A DNA stretch of 64,000 bases, taken from contig CAZDBA010000003.1 of NCBI GenBank assembly GCA_964503615.1, forward strand, positions 216-64,215, written 5' to 3'. This stretch comes from an uncultured Pirellulaceae bacterium. Its GTDB lineage: Bacteria; Planctomycetota; Planctomycetia; Pirellulales; Pirellulaceae. Positions within the stretch are counted from its first letter, which is position 1; every line of letters starts with the position of its first letter. Of this stretch, positions 34,709-43,457 are shown piece after piece. The position numbers were made by a program, and so were the translations under genes. The notes under the pieces are model-generated. The model ran no database searches and was not told where the DNA came from. It was given only the letters and a program-made list of their open reading frames with translations.

Positions 34709-35257
34709 CTACTTGTTGAGTGATTCCAAAGTGGTTGCGATCGCTGCGGCGATTGTTTCTGGTTCGCTCATTCGGCCGGCTCCTTTGTCTCGGCAACTAA
34801 GCCAACCTTCTTCAGGGCCGACGATTTGAACTCCATCTTCGATCAGCTGTTTAACGTTTCGCTGGACGGCGGGCTTGTCCCACATTTCGCAGTTCATAGC
34901 GGGTGCAACGATAACCGGATTGGTAAAGCACAAGTAAAGAGTGCTGAGCAGATCGCTTGCGCTACCTTGAGCCGCGTTGGACAGGAAATTCGCAGTAGCA
35001 GGAGCAACGCACAGCAGGTCAGCTTCTCGCGCTAATTCGATGTGAGCTCCCAGCGGAAACTGCGGATCGAACAACTCAGTCACCACGCTTTGCCCTGTTA
35101 ATGCTGCGAAAGTGGGAGCGCCGACGAACTCGCTTGCGGAAGGAGTCATGACAACGCGCACGCTGTAGTCGTCTTGAACCAGACGGCTAACTAACATTGC
35201 CGTTTTGTATGCCGCGATGCCGCCGGAAACTGCGACGATGATTTTACCACCGGACAT
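34709..35257 (-). CDS. coaC: phosphopantothenoylcysteine decarboxylase flavoprotein (stand-alone CoaC)
   Basis: KIIVAVSGGIAAYKTAMLVSRL...VAPATANFL...PAMNCEMW. Confidence 0.8.
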   Translation of the reverse strand: MSGGKIIVAVSGGIAAYKTAMLVSRLVQDDYSVRVVMTPSASEFVGAPTFAALTGQSVVTELFDPQFPLGAHIELAREADLLCVAPATANFLSNAAQGSASDLLSTLYLCFTNPVIVAPAMNCEMWDKPAVQRNVKQLIEDGVQIVGPEEGWLSCRDKGAGRMSEPETIAAAIATTLESLNK

Positions 35258-35413
35258 GGCAACTCTATTGGAAAGGAACTTAATGGATGACGCCTCGGAG
35301 AAGCGTGCTACTTTGAACCAAAAAAAAGCGATACAGCATCAACCTGCAACCGCTTTGCATTTGGGCAAATCGAATTGTGTTCGCCAGTTTTCGGTCGCTG
35401 GCGACTATTACTT

Positions 35414-35668
35414 TTACAACTGATCGAGGTCGAGCTGAGGAGCGTCCATAAAGTCCTCGACTGTTCTGACTTCTTCGCTACCGTCGAGATAGATTTTGTC
35501 GTGAATGATCTCCTGCAACACGATCGCCATCTTGTCTTCGAGTTTCGAATCGATCAACGGTCGCGCGCCTTGATTCAGTTGTACCATTCGTTTTTGAATT
35601 AGTGTCGACAGCTTGAATCGACCACCGACTTTACGAACGATTTCTTCGTTTTTCAACTCTTCATACAT
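35414..35668 (-). CDS. rpoZ: DNA-directed RNA polymerase subunit omega
   Basis: 84 aa, [23 protein letters not shown]. Conserved gmk-rpoZ neighbourhood. Confidence 0.8.
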   Translation of the reverse strand: MYEELKNEEIVRKVGGRFKLSTLIQKRMVQLNQGARPLIDSKLEDKMAIVLQEIIHDKIYLDGSEEVRTVEDFMDAPQLDLDQL

Positions 35669-35674
35669 CTGCGT

Positions 35675-36307
35675 TTAACTCTCCGCTTTACTTTTGGAAT
35701 CTTGCTGACAACTTGAGCAGGACTCGTTTAAAATCTGGCAAATCCTCTGAGCCGTTGTGTCGACTTCTTCGTTGAGAACCTGATATTGGTACAAGTTTTT
35801 TACTTCCAGTTCCGAACTTGCAACCTCTAGGCGCCGCTTAATGGCTTCTTCTGTTTCTGTTTTCCGTCCCCGCAACCTAGCTTCGATTTCATCCAATTCC
35901 TGGTAGATGAAAATGGAAATTGCTTCGGGATAATCGGCAATGACTTTTGCTGCTCCGATTACGTCGATCTCTAAGATTATCCACTTTCCCTCTGCCAGAC
36001 CAGTGCTAACCGGTTCCAGCAGGGTCCCATATTGGTCGCCTGCTCCAAAAACCTCGGTCGTTTCGAGAAAAGCTCCCTCTGCCTGAAGCCGAACAAATTC
36101 TTCTTCAGTAATAAAGTTGTAATGCCGACCATCAACTTCGTCCGGTCGTTTTGGGCGAGTGGTCGCTGAAACGCTTAGCTCAAGGGGAAGTGAGCATGTT
36201 TCCAGCAACCGTTTTACACAGGTTGACTTGCCAACACCGGATGGGCCGGAAAGGATCAGTAGCTTTCCGCCATTTTTAAGTTTTCGTTTTTCCTTTGAGT
36301 CGCTCAT
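35675..36307 (-). CDS. gmk: guanylate kinase
   Basis: LILSGPSGVGKST, SATTRPKRPDEVDGRHYNF. Confidence 0.9.
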   Translation of the reverse strand: MSDSKEKRKLKNGGKLLILSGPSGVGKSTCVKRLLETCSLPLELSVSATTRPKRPDEVDGRHYNFITEEEFVRLQAEGAFLETTEVFGAGDQYGTLLEPVSTGLAEGKWIILEIDVIGAAKVIADYPEAISIFIYQELDEIEARLRGRKTETEEAIKRRLEVASSELEVKNLYQYQVLNEEVDTTAQRICQILNESCSSCQQDSKSKAES

Positions 36308-36352
36308 TTTGACTTCCATTTATCGAGCCTCAATCATAGTCAACTGTGTTAA

Positions 36353-37243
36353 CTATTCAACGTTTTGTACCATTTCCCGAAGTCGTTCAATCAGGGTTTT
36401 GATTTCTACGACGTGCTTTGCAATGACTGCGTGGCTGGCCTTGGAACCAATTGTGTTGGTTTCCCGAAGGATTTCTTGAATCAGGAAATCCAGTTTTCTT
36501 CCGTTGCTCTCCTTGGCGGCCATAATTTCGTCGAATTGGGCGAGGTGACTTCTTAACCGGACAGTTTCTTCAGCGATGTCTGATCGTTCGGCAAAGATCC
36601 CAATTTCTCGAATAATGTCGGCGGGTTGCGATTTGATGTCGAATTTTTCCAGCAGGTTTTGGATGCGGTCTTTTAGTCGTTTTGAAAACGCCTCCACGAC
36701 TTCGGGAGCCGAAGCTTCAATTTTGGTCAGGTAGTCGCCCAAAGCACTGCAGTTTAATTTCATGTCGGCCATCATCGACTCTCCCTCACGTTTCCGCATG
36801 GATGAAAGTTGCTCAAGTGCCTCATTTAAAGCTTTTTCGACAACCGGCCAAAGTGTTTCGGAGTCTACGACCGATCCGGATTCTTCCACGACACCGGGCA
36901 GGGTTAACAGTTTCGTGATCGGAAACGATTCACGAGGTTGACTTGGATCGGACGAGCTATCAACAGGGGCGTCGGTCAACTGCTGTTGGTATGCCTGTAG
37001 TTGTTCCAGATTAAGTTGAAACGCAGCACTGGAATTGTTGTCGACGCGGATACGTACTGAAACGCTGCCACGCGTAAGGAACTTGCGAACACGCTCTTCG
37101 ACTTTGACTTGCAACTCGGCGTCCAAGTCACTGATGATGTTGATTTTTAGATATCGGTTGTTAACCGAACGTACTTCGGCGTTGACCTGAATCTGGTTCT
37201 CGTGGTGGGCTCCCCGACCATGGCCTGTCATGCTCAGCAGCAA
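36353..37243 (-). CDS. yicC: YicC/YloC family stress-induced protein
   Basis: SMTGHGRG N-terminus. C-terminal EILRETNTIGSKA...IKTLIERLREMVQNVE. Confidence 0.85.
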   Translation of the reverse strand: MLLSMTGHGRGAHHENQIQVNAEVRSVNNRYLKINIISDLDAELQVKVEERVRKFLTRGSVSVRIRVDNNSSAAFQLNLEQLQAYQQQLTDAPVDSSSDPSQPRESFPITKLLTLPGVVEESGSVVDSETLWPVVEKALNEALEQLSSMRKREGESMMADMKLNCSALGDYLTKIEASAPEVVEAFSKRLKDRIQNLLEKFDIKSQPADIIREIGIFAERSDIAEETVRLRSHLAQFDEIMAAKESNGRKLDFLIQEILRETNTIGSKASHAVIAKHVVEIKTLIERLREMVQNVE

Positions 37244-37333
37244 GCTCTTCTCCCTTTGGTGTCATGCAAAATTGCGGTTTATTGCCGTGCAGGTTCGAAG
37301 GTTCGAATAGTCGGCGACTCGCTGACAGAACGT

Positions 37334-38119
37334 CTAATTTCCATCCGTTGATTCGACTTCTATTTCTTCGACCAATGGATCAACAGCCGACTCGGGCTCA
37401 ACAAGTCCGGGTTCAACCGATGATTCGGGGTCCACAATACCGGGCTCTGAACCCGGCGCGATTACGGCAGGTTCTGTGCTTTCAGTTACGGGGTCTTGAT
37501 CTGGCATCCCTGGGTTGGTTTCTGCAGTTCCAGCTTCGGTGGTGCCAGGCTCTTCAATTGTTGGTGTTTCGATCGCCGGACCTTCGATTGTTGGACCTTC
37601 GATTGTTGGATCTTCGTTCATTGGATCCGCTTCAGAATTAGGATCAACTTCGCCTCTTGATTCAAAGTCACCTCCTCCTACAGGTGTTGTGCCATCGGCA
37701 GGTGTTTCCAAGCCAGGATTAAAGTCATTTTCGTCGTCTGGATCTTCCGATAGGACGGGATCGGTCTCTTCAGTGCCAAGCCCCAAGTTAGGGTCTTGCA
37801 ACTGGGCATCAATTCCACCGTCGGAAGGACCATCTTCTATAAACCCACTGAGTGCCGCGTTTTTTGTGTTTGCAGTTTGGGGGGCGGCAGGAGGTCTGTT
37901 GTAAATACGAATGATCAGTAGGCAGGCGGTCATCCAGATGATCGCTGCAATCACAGTGACTCTCGTGAACACATCACCCGCTTTGGCACCAAACGCACTT
38001 TGGCCTCCCATACCTCCCAATGCGCCAGTCAGTCCGCCGCCTTTGCCACGCTGGACCAAAATAATCATCATCAAGAGGATGGAAACGACAGTGGCCACCA
38101 AGCCAAGAATGGGTAACAT
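37334..38119 (-). CDS. secG: preprotein translocase subunit SecG with a roughly 190-aa acidic Pro/Glu/Thr-rich C-terminal extension
   Basis: The N-terminal 75 aa are canonical SecG (ILVQRGKGGGLTGALGG...FGAKAGDVFTRVT). The rest is low-complexity with xPTIE repeats. tpiA lies upstream, as in many bacteria. Confidence 0.8.
   Translation of the reverse strand: MLPILGLVATVVSILLMMIILVQRGKGGGLTGALGGMGGQSAFGAKAGDVFTRVTVIAAIIWMTACLLIIRIYNRPPAAPQTANTKNAALSGFIEDGPSDGGIDAQLQDPNLGLGTEETDPVLSEDPDDENDFNPGLETPADGTTPVGGGDFESRGEVDPNSEADPMNEDPTIEGPTIEGPAIETPTIEEPGTTEAGTAETNPGMPDQDPVTESTEPAVIAPGSEPGIVDPESSVEPGLVEPESAVDPLVEEIEVESTDGN
37553..37627. repeat. five tandem 15-nt units inside the secG extension
   Basis: ttcaattgttggtgt / ttcgatcgccggacc / ttcgattgttggacc / ttcgattgttggatc / ttcgttcattggatc. 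Confidence 0.8.
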
Positions 38120-38210
38120 AGTTTTTACTTTTAAAGTTTTGATTCAGTTAGTTTATGAGCCTGAACGAGTTGTCCAATGTTTTTGAGTATTCGACAATTG
38201 GCTGGATGCT

Positions 38211-38978
38211 CTAAGTCGCCATGCTCGTCGAAGCTGCTGCAATAATCTCCAAAAAGCTGTCTGCTTTTAGAGACGCACCGCCAACAAGTGCACCATCGAT
38301 GTCAGCTTGCCCCATTAGCTCGGCCGCGTTTGCCGGTTTGACGCTGCCACCGTACAAGATTCGGACCAAACTCGCTGTCTCAGAATTATACTGACTTTCC
38401 ACCAATTTGCGAAGGTCAGCGTGGACCTCTTGAGCCTGTTCCGGAGAAGCGGTTTTACCCGTTCCGATTGCCCAAACTGGCTCATAAGCGATTACGGTCT
38501 GCCGCATTTGGCTTTCATCCAATCCAGCCAAAGAGCCAGTGAATTGGGCCTTAACGACTTCTGCAGTCTGTCCAGATTCTCGCTGTTCCAGCAACTCGCC
38601 AACGCAAACGACCGGAGTCAAACCGGCCGCCAAAGCGGCATGGACCTTTTTGTTGATCAGTTCGTCCGATTCGCCGATCACATTTCGCCGCTCGCTGTGT
38701 CCCAAAATGACGAACTTGCATCCGACGTCAGACAACATCGCCGTGCTGGTTTCACCGGTAAAAGCGCCACTGGCTTCGAAATAAACGTCTTGGCCACCGA
38801 CTTGCACTGATGTTCCCTGTGTAGCTTGAGCAACCGCATCGAGGTAAACGAAGGGTGGGCATACCAGAATATCTGCTTCCCCTGCTTTCGCGCCATCGGC
38901 AATCCCTTTCGCCAAAGCAACAGCCTCTTCACGGCTGGTGTTCATCTTCCAGTTTCCTGCAATCAGGGGAGTTCTCAT
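38211..38978 (-). CDS. tpiA: triose-phosphate isomerase
   Basis: [37 protein letters not shown]. Confidence 0.95.
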   Translation of the reverse strand: MRTPLIAGNWKMNTSREEAVALAKGIADGAKAGEADILVCPPFVYLDAVAQATQGTSVQVGGQDVYFEASGAFTGETSTAMLSDVGCKFVILGHSERRNVIGESDELINKKVHAALAAGLTPVVCVGELLEQRESGQTAEVVKAQFTGSLAGLDESQMRQTVIAYEPVWAIGTGKTASPEQAQEVHADLRKLVESQYNSETASLVRILYGGSVKPANAAELMGQADIDGALVGGASLKADSFLEIIAAASTSMAT

Positions 38979-39876
38979 CAGATTTTCCTATCGATGTGGT
39001 GAGAGAGTTGCGATCGATTTCGACATCGCTATCGCAGTTTGAGGCTAAAGTCTATCAATTGCTGCTAACAATCCAAAGACTCAAGAGCAAGTTTGCACTG
39101 GTGACAGGCTAGGGGAATAGAGTTGTCGCCAAAGGTTGTTTTAAAGTTGCATTTCTGCCCGTTAGCTGGTCCGTTGCCAAGGCGACCGGGGCGGGGTTGG
39201 TCGTGACTCGATAATGTGAGGCAGGAACTGAAATTCCCGCCCACACGCCATACTTAGACAAAGTGATGCATCGATGAGCCAAACGGTTGCAAGGTAAACG
39301 ATGAAACGTGATTTCTCCGAGCATTGTGATCCTCCTGATCAAACTTGAAGAAACGGAAACGCCAAGTGCAGACGGATGCCGGCATTTAGCGTCAAGACGA
39401 CCTGAATTCAAATGTGTTCAGGCGAAAATCGACGAAAAATTGGCCGAAAGAAAAGTGCTTGGAAGACCTTAAAACTTGGAGTTAGTTTTTTGTGAAACGC
39501 TGATGTTTTTCCAAACATTAAATACTGAGAATAACTGGCAGAAATTTGCAAGTTTAAAACACTGATTTAAAGGCACCCGGCAAAGAGTGGTTTCCCTTTG
39601 CAAAAATCTCAAACGGTACTATTTGCAGATTCGAAACGAACTGCTCCCGTTTTACTTTGTTCAGCAATCAAACGTTGCCCTTCATCGGTGTGAGACCGAT
39701 GCCATCGCACGATTCAAATGGACAGCACTGCGCTCGTCATGCATTCGTTTCATTGAAACTACTTTTAAAAAGTTTACATAGCTTGCCACAACACCAGTTT
39801 CTTTTCGCCGAATGTGATAATCAAACTATTGCTGATAGCAACTTTAGCTAAATCGAAATTAATCTTCAGATTTGTA

Positions 39877-39905
39877 TTGACCCGTTTTTTGGCTTTCCCT
39901 AATCT
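39877..39905 (+). promoter_or_regulatory. sigma-70-like promoter (TTGACC - 17 nt - TAATCT)
   Basis: TTGACC at 39877-39882, a 17-nt spacer, TAATCT at 39900-39905. Confidence 0.45.
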
Positions 39906-39911
39906 GCGTCC

Positions 39912-40135
39912 TCATTGGTTGAGTCAAGGATGACTCGAACCAAAAGAGCAAACAAACGGTTTGAATGGTGAGTCGGCGACTAAGGCACGGAAGTCAAGGT
40001 TGCTAACAATATAACACCACTCGGGCCAAGGAGACGACTCCGGCAAGGATGCTAGAGTCGAACCCGTCCAATCGCTCTCGGACTACTGAGGTGTTCTTAG
40101 CCCCCCTGGGACCCAAAGTGCCGAGGGCTTTTTTT
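39912..40135 (+). ncRNA. candidate roughly 225-nt structured RNA (sRNA or cis-acting leader), family unknown
   Basis: Bounded by the promoter above and a terminator-like hairpin plus T7. Internal hairpins at 39917-39941 and 40035-40060. No credible ORF. Confidence 0.35.
40099..40135 (+). terminator. terminator-like GC-rich interrupted stem followed by T7
   Basis: AGCCC...GGGCT closing stem with an inner TGG/CCG. TTTTTTT at 40129-40135. Confidence 0.45.
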
Positions 40136-40263
40136 ATGCGCTCACTTCATTTAACTCGTCGGCCAGCGATTAGTATTAAAATCGTGTACAATCGGCAACC
40201 GCTTTCGCACAGCTCGAAAGATCACAACCCCGTACGAAACAATTTCAAACTATCAACGAGCCG

Positions 40264-41457
40264 ATGACACAAAAATTTTGCGATTTGATTGAAGAAGCCG
40301 CGCAACACAAGCAGTGGATTATCGACCTTCGCCGACGCATCCACCAACATCCCGAATTGATGTATGAAGAAGTGGAAACCAGCAAGTTGATTCAGTCGAC
40401 TTTGTCAGAGATCGGTGTCGGTTTCAAATCTGGTTTGGCCGAAACCGGTGTGCTTGCCTCAATTGGATCCGGAAACGGCCCCTGCGTCGCTTTGCGAGCC
40501 GACATGGACGCGTTGCCAATTCACGAACAAGCCGACGTCGATTTCCCAAGCCAAATCGACGGTAAAATGCACGCATGCGGACACGATTGCCACGTTGCCA
40601 TGCTGTTGGGGGCGGCAAAGATCTTGAAGGCTCACGAGTCCGAAATTTCGGGAACGGTAAAGCTGCTCTTTCAGCCGGCCGAAGAAGGCGGGGCAGGTGG
40701 CAAACGGATGACCGACGAAGGTGCACTTCAAAATCCGGACGTGCAACGGATCTTTGGATTGCATGTTTGGCCCATCGTTCCGACAGGAACGATCACCAGC
40801 CGCGCAGGTACATTCCTTGCTGCTACGACCTCGTTCGAGATCACAGTTACTGGCAAAGGGGGGCATGCTGCGATGCCTCACTATACGATTGACCCCGTCG
40901 CGACCTCGGCCAAGATCGTTAACGATGCCCAAACGATTGTGTCTCGTGAAAACGATCCTTTGACACCGCTGGTCGTCAGCTTTACCGCCGTCAATGGTGG
41001 TGAAGCGTTTAATGTGATCCCGGCATCAGTAACCCTTCGCGGCACAATCCGTTCACTTTCGACTGAGCATCTGAATTGGGCCAAGGACCGTTTGGTGGCG
41101 GTGGCTGACGCAATTGCACAAGCAAATCGTTGCGAAACCACCGTAGAGTTTCGAGGAAACGATTATCCTGCAACGGTTGTCGATGCGGAACTCTGGGATT
41201 TCACCAAGCGAATTTGGTCTGAGTGCCACGAGGAAGAAGCGAGTATCGAGTCCGCGCCTGTAATGGGCGGCGAAGATTTTGCTTTTTATACTGAGCGGGT
41301 CCCGGGTTGCTTTGTGGGATTGGGAATTCGCAACGAAGCGATCGGGGCAACTTTTAACGTGCATCATCCCCAGTTCAAGGTCGACGAAGACGTTCTGCCG
41401 GTAGGTTCCGCGCTGCACACCGCTTTTGCATTTCAATCGTTAGCAGAACTCGCCTAA
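40264..41457 (+). CDS. M20 family metallopeptidase / amidohydrolase (N-acyl-amino-acid amidohydrolase, hippuricase-like)
   Basis: HQHPELMYEE, ALRADMDALP, HACGHD, FQPAEEGGAGG. Confidence 0.85.
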   Translation: MTQKFCDLIEEAAQHKQWIIDLRRRIHQHPELMYEEVETSKLIQSTLSEIGVGFKSGLAETGVLASIGSGNGPCVALRADMDALPIHEQADVDFPSQIDGKMHACGHDCHVAMLLGAAKILKAHESEISGTVKLLFQPAEEGGAGGKRMTDEGALQNPDVQRIFGLHVWPIVPTGTITSRAGTFLAATTSFEITVTGKGGHAAMPHYTIDPVATSAKIVNDAQTIVSRENDPLTPLVVSFTAVNGGEAFNVIPASVTLRGTIRSLSTEHLNWAKDRLVAVADAIAQANRCETTVEFRGNDYPATVVDAELWDFTKRIWSECHEEEASIESAPVMGGEDFAFYTERVPGCFVGLGIRNEAIGATFNVHHPQFKVDEDVLPVGSALHTAFAFQSLAELA

Positions 41458-41458
41458 T

Positions 41459-42613
41459 TCAGATCCTTGCGACTGTGGTTCCGCTTAGCCTTTTGATCAG
41501 CTTGCGCATTTCCAGCACGCTGACGGTGGAAAGTACACGTTGGGCGGGCAAACCGGTTCGGTCAATAACCTCATCGATCTGAGTTGAATTAACGCCGATT
41601 GCGTTAAGAATTTTCGATTCCTGGTCGGTTAGCTTTAGCTCGCCGGGGTGGCGAACCGTAGTTTGCTGGTCGGATGAACCGATGCGAGCAGGCTTGGCAA
41701 GCGGTCCTAGTTCTTGCAGTACGTCGTCCACGTTCTCGATCAGCGTAGCACCGTCACGAATCAACCGATGGCATCCGCGCGACATGCGACTGTTGATCTG
41801 CCCCGGCACCGCGAACACTTCGCGTCCTTGCTCGTTTGCCAAGCGAGCCGAGATCAATGCGCCGCTGCGATGAGCCGCTTCGACGACGATCACTCCCAAG
41901 CACATCCCAGTCACGATTCGATTTCGTTGCGGAAACGCGTGGCTCTTGGGCGGATGTTTCGGATGAAATTCGGATAGCACGGCGCCTTGTTGCACAATCT
42001 CCTTCGCCAGTTTTTCGTGTTCCGATGGATAGACGTTCAGCACGCCGGAGCCCAGTACGGCCACCGTCCGACCACCGGCGCGTAACGCGCCCAAGTGCGC
42101 AGCCGCGTCGATACCGCGAGCAAGTCCAGAGACCACAGTGAATCCCGCCATAGCCAGCGAGCGCGCCAACGATTCGGCCACCGTCGTCCCGTAATGCGAA
42201 GCATGACGACTGCCCACGATCGCAATCGACAACGAATCTTCCGGTTGCAAACGTCCCCGCGAATACAGAATATTGGGTGGGTCGTGGATCTCTTTTAGCA
42301 AGTCGGGATAAGCGTCATCGCTGCGTGAGAGGATATCAATTTGATTTTCATCGCAGAGTCGTTGAAGTTCGTCGATGTCAACCGTTTTATTGGCATCGGA
42401 AATCTGTTGAGCAAGTTTCGAACCGATCCCTTGCACTTGCAGCAGATGGGCTTGGTCAGCCCGCAGCACTTTTTCCGCATCGCCAAACGTTGATAAAAGA
42501 TTTTGAAAAGCTCGCGGGCCCACGCCAGGTACCAAGCTCAAACGAATCGCCGCATGCTTCGAAGCTTGTTTTGCTTCGTCCGACACAGCAGGCGGTTTCG
42601 ATTCGGATTCCAT
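41459..42613 (-). CDS. dprA: DNA-processing protein DprA
   Basis: IVGSRHASHYG, VVSGLARGIDAAAH, FPQRNRI, plus a C-terminal winged-helix. ATG at 42613. Confidence 0.85.
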   Translation of the reverse strand: MESESKPPAVSDEAKQASKHAAIRLSLVPGVGPRAFQNLLSTFGDAEKVLRADQAHLLQVQGIGSKLAQQISDANKTVDIDELQRLCDENQIDILSRSDDAYPDLLKEIHDPPNILYSRGRLQPEDSLSIAIVGSRHASHYGTTVAESLARSLAMAGFTVVSGLARGIDAAAHLGALRAGGRTVAVLGSGVLNVYPSEHEKLAKEIVQQGAVLSEFHPKHPPKSHAFPQRNRIVTGMCLGVIVVEAAHRSGALISARLANEQGREVFAVPGQINSRMSRGCHRLIRDGATLIENVDDVLQELGPLAKPARIGSSDQQTTVRHPGELKLTDQESKILNAIGVNSTQIDEVIDRTGLPAQRVLSTVSVLEMRKLIKRLSGTTVARI

Positions 42614-42884
42614 CAGCGCGTTCTCTTTGGAGTCTCGTGCGAGTGAGCCTAATTCTACAACGTCCAGAAACAGGTTGAGAAGCATGTGATTGGAACTTTT
42701 TGTTTCGAAATTGTTCAGAATGCAATGTTTTTACTCTTCCTACCTCCAACTGGATTCTCTAGCTGATTCAAGAATTTGTCAGTGAAAACATCTTTTTTGT
42801 CATCGGTCTGTCACAGATCAACACCGGAGGTGTACTGCCTGTGAATCAAGTTACGGTTCACGGCAATACAAAATAAACAAATCA

Positions 42885-43343
42885 ATGAGATTCAAAATGG
42901 CAACTTCATCTGCTCGTTCCAACCCATACGCTTCACCAAAAACAAAAAAGGTTGACGTTCGCCTATTCAGTATGAAACAAATCGGTATCGCTTCGTTTCT
43001 GGGAAGTGCCTTGGCTGGCATGACGCTTGTGTCAATCAACAATTTTCGATTGGGGAAATCGTTGTTGGCGTTCCTTTCTATAGTGATCGGCATCGCCATT
43101 TTTGGGATCGTCTTTGCCGTCGGCATGGTGCTCCCCTTGCCAGGAGTGATTTACGGTGCCGTCCAAATGGCAGCCTCTGTGGGGATCGCAAAGACAATGT
43201 TTGAAAAACAATACGAAGAAAACCAAGCAGAAAACATCCCGAACGAGAGCGGTTGGGTTGTTGGTGGTGTTACCGTAGCCTGGATTGCGGTAATCGCAGC
43301 GGCGATTTACACGATTCTCACGTACATGGAAATTTTTAGTTAG
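42885..43343 (+). CDS. hypothetical small membrane protein
   Basis: N-terminal SNPYASP motif and 4 hydrophobic segments. No family recognised. Confidence 0.5.
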   Translation: MRFKMATSSARSNPYASPKTKKVDVRLFSMKQIGIASFLGSALAGMTLVSINNFRLGKSLLAFLSIVIGIAIFGIVFAVGMVLPLPGVIYGAVQMAASVGIAKTMFEKQYEENQAENIPNESGWVVGGVTVAWIAVIAAAIYTILTYMEIFS

Positions 43344-43344
43344 T

Positions 43345-43376
43345 ATGACTCCTCAAAAACATGACTCCTCAAAAAT
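43345..43376 (+). repeat. tandem 16-mer (ATGACTCCTCAAAAAY x2)
   Basis: Read directly. Starts 2 nt after the stop of the preceding gene. GACTCC can pair with GGAGTC at 43380-43385. Confidence 0.7.
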
Positions 43377-43457
43377 CGGTGGAGTCTGTTCGGTTTGGCT
43401 TTTACTGCGAAAAAAAGCTCCCTTTGAAATTTGGAGATACGTCCCTAAAACAGGGCA

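Noticed and set aside
37515-37904. 129-aa plus-strand ORF inside the secG extension
   Set aside because: It is a mirror image of the low-complexity acidic repeat region. It has no start context, and the SecG frame is continuous with the conserved core.
39109-39411. 100-aa minus-strand ORF in the long tpiA-M20 spacer, and a GGTCGTGACTCG string resembling the ZTP riboswitch core
   Set aside because: The ORF has no protein-like features or ribosome-binding site. The ZTP-like string lacks the second conserved half (CCGCCTGGGC-type pseudoknot partner) at a sensible distance.
40040-40075. GAGTCGAACCCGTCC, which looks like a tRNA/tmRNA T-arm (GGTTCGAATCC-like) on either strand
   Set aside because: I could not build an acceptor stem, a D-arm or an anticodon arm around it. 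There is no CCA-adjacent pairing and no tmRNA 5-prime GGGG...3-prime pairing. I treated it as part of the unknown structured RNA instead.
40049-40267. 72-aa plus-strand ORF upstream of the M20 gene
   Set aside because: It reads straight through the terminator-like hairpin and T7 run. It has no ribosome-binding site, and its sequence is Arg/Ser/Pro-rich.
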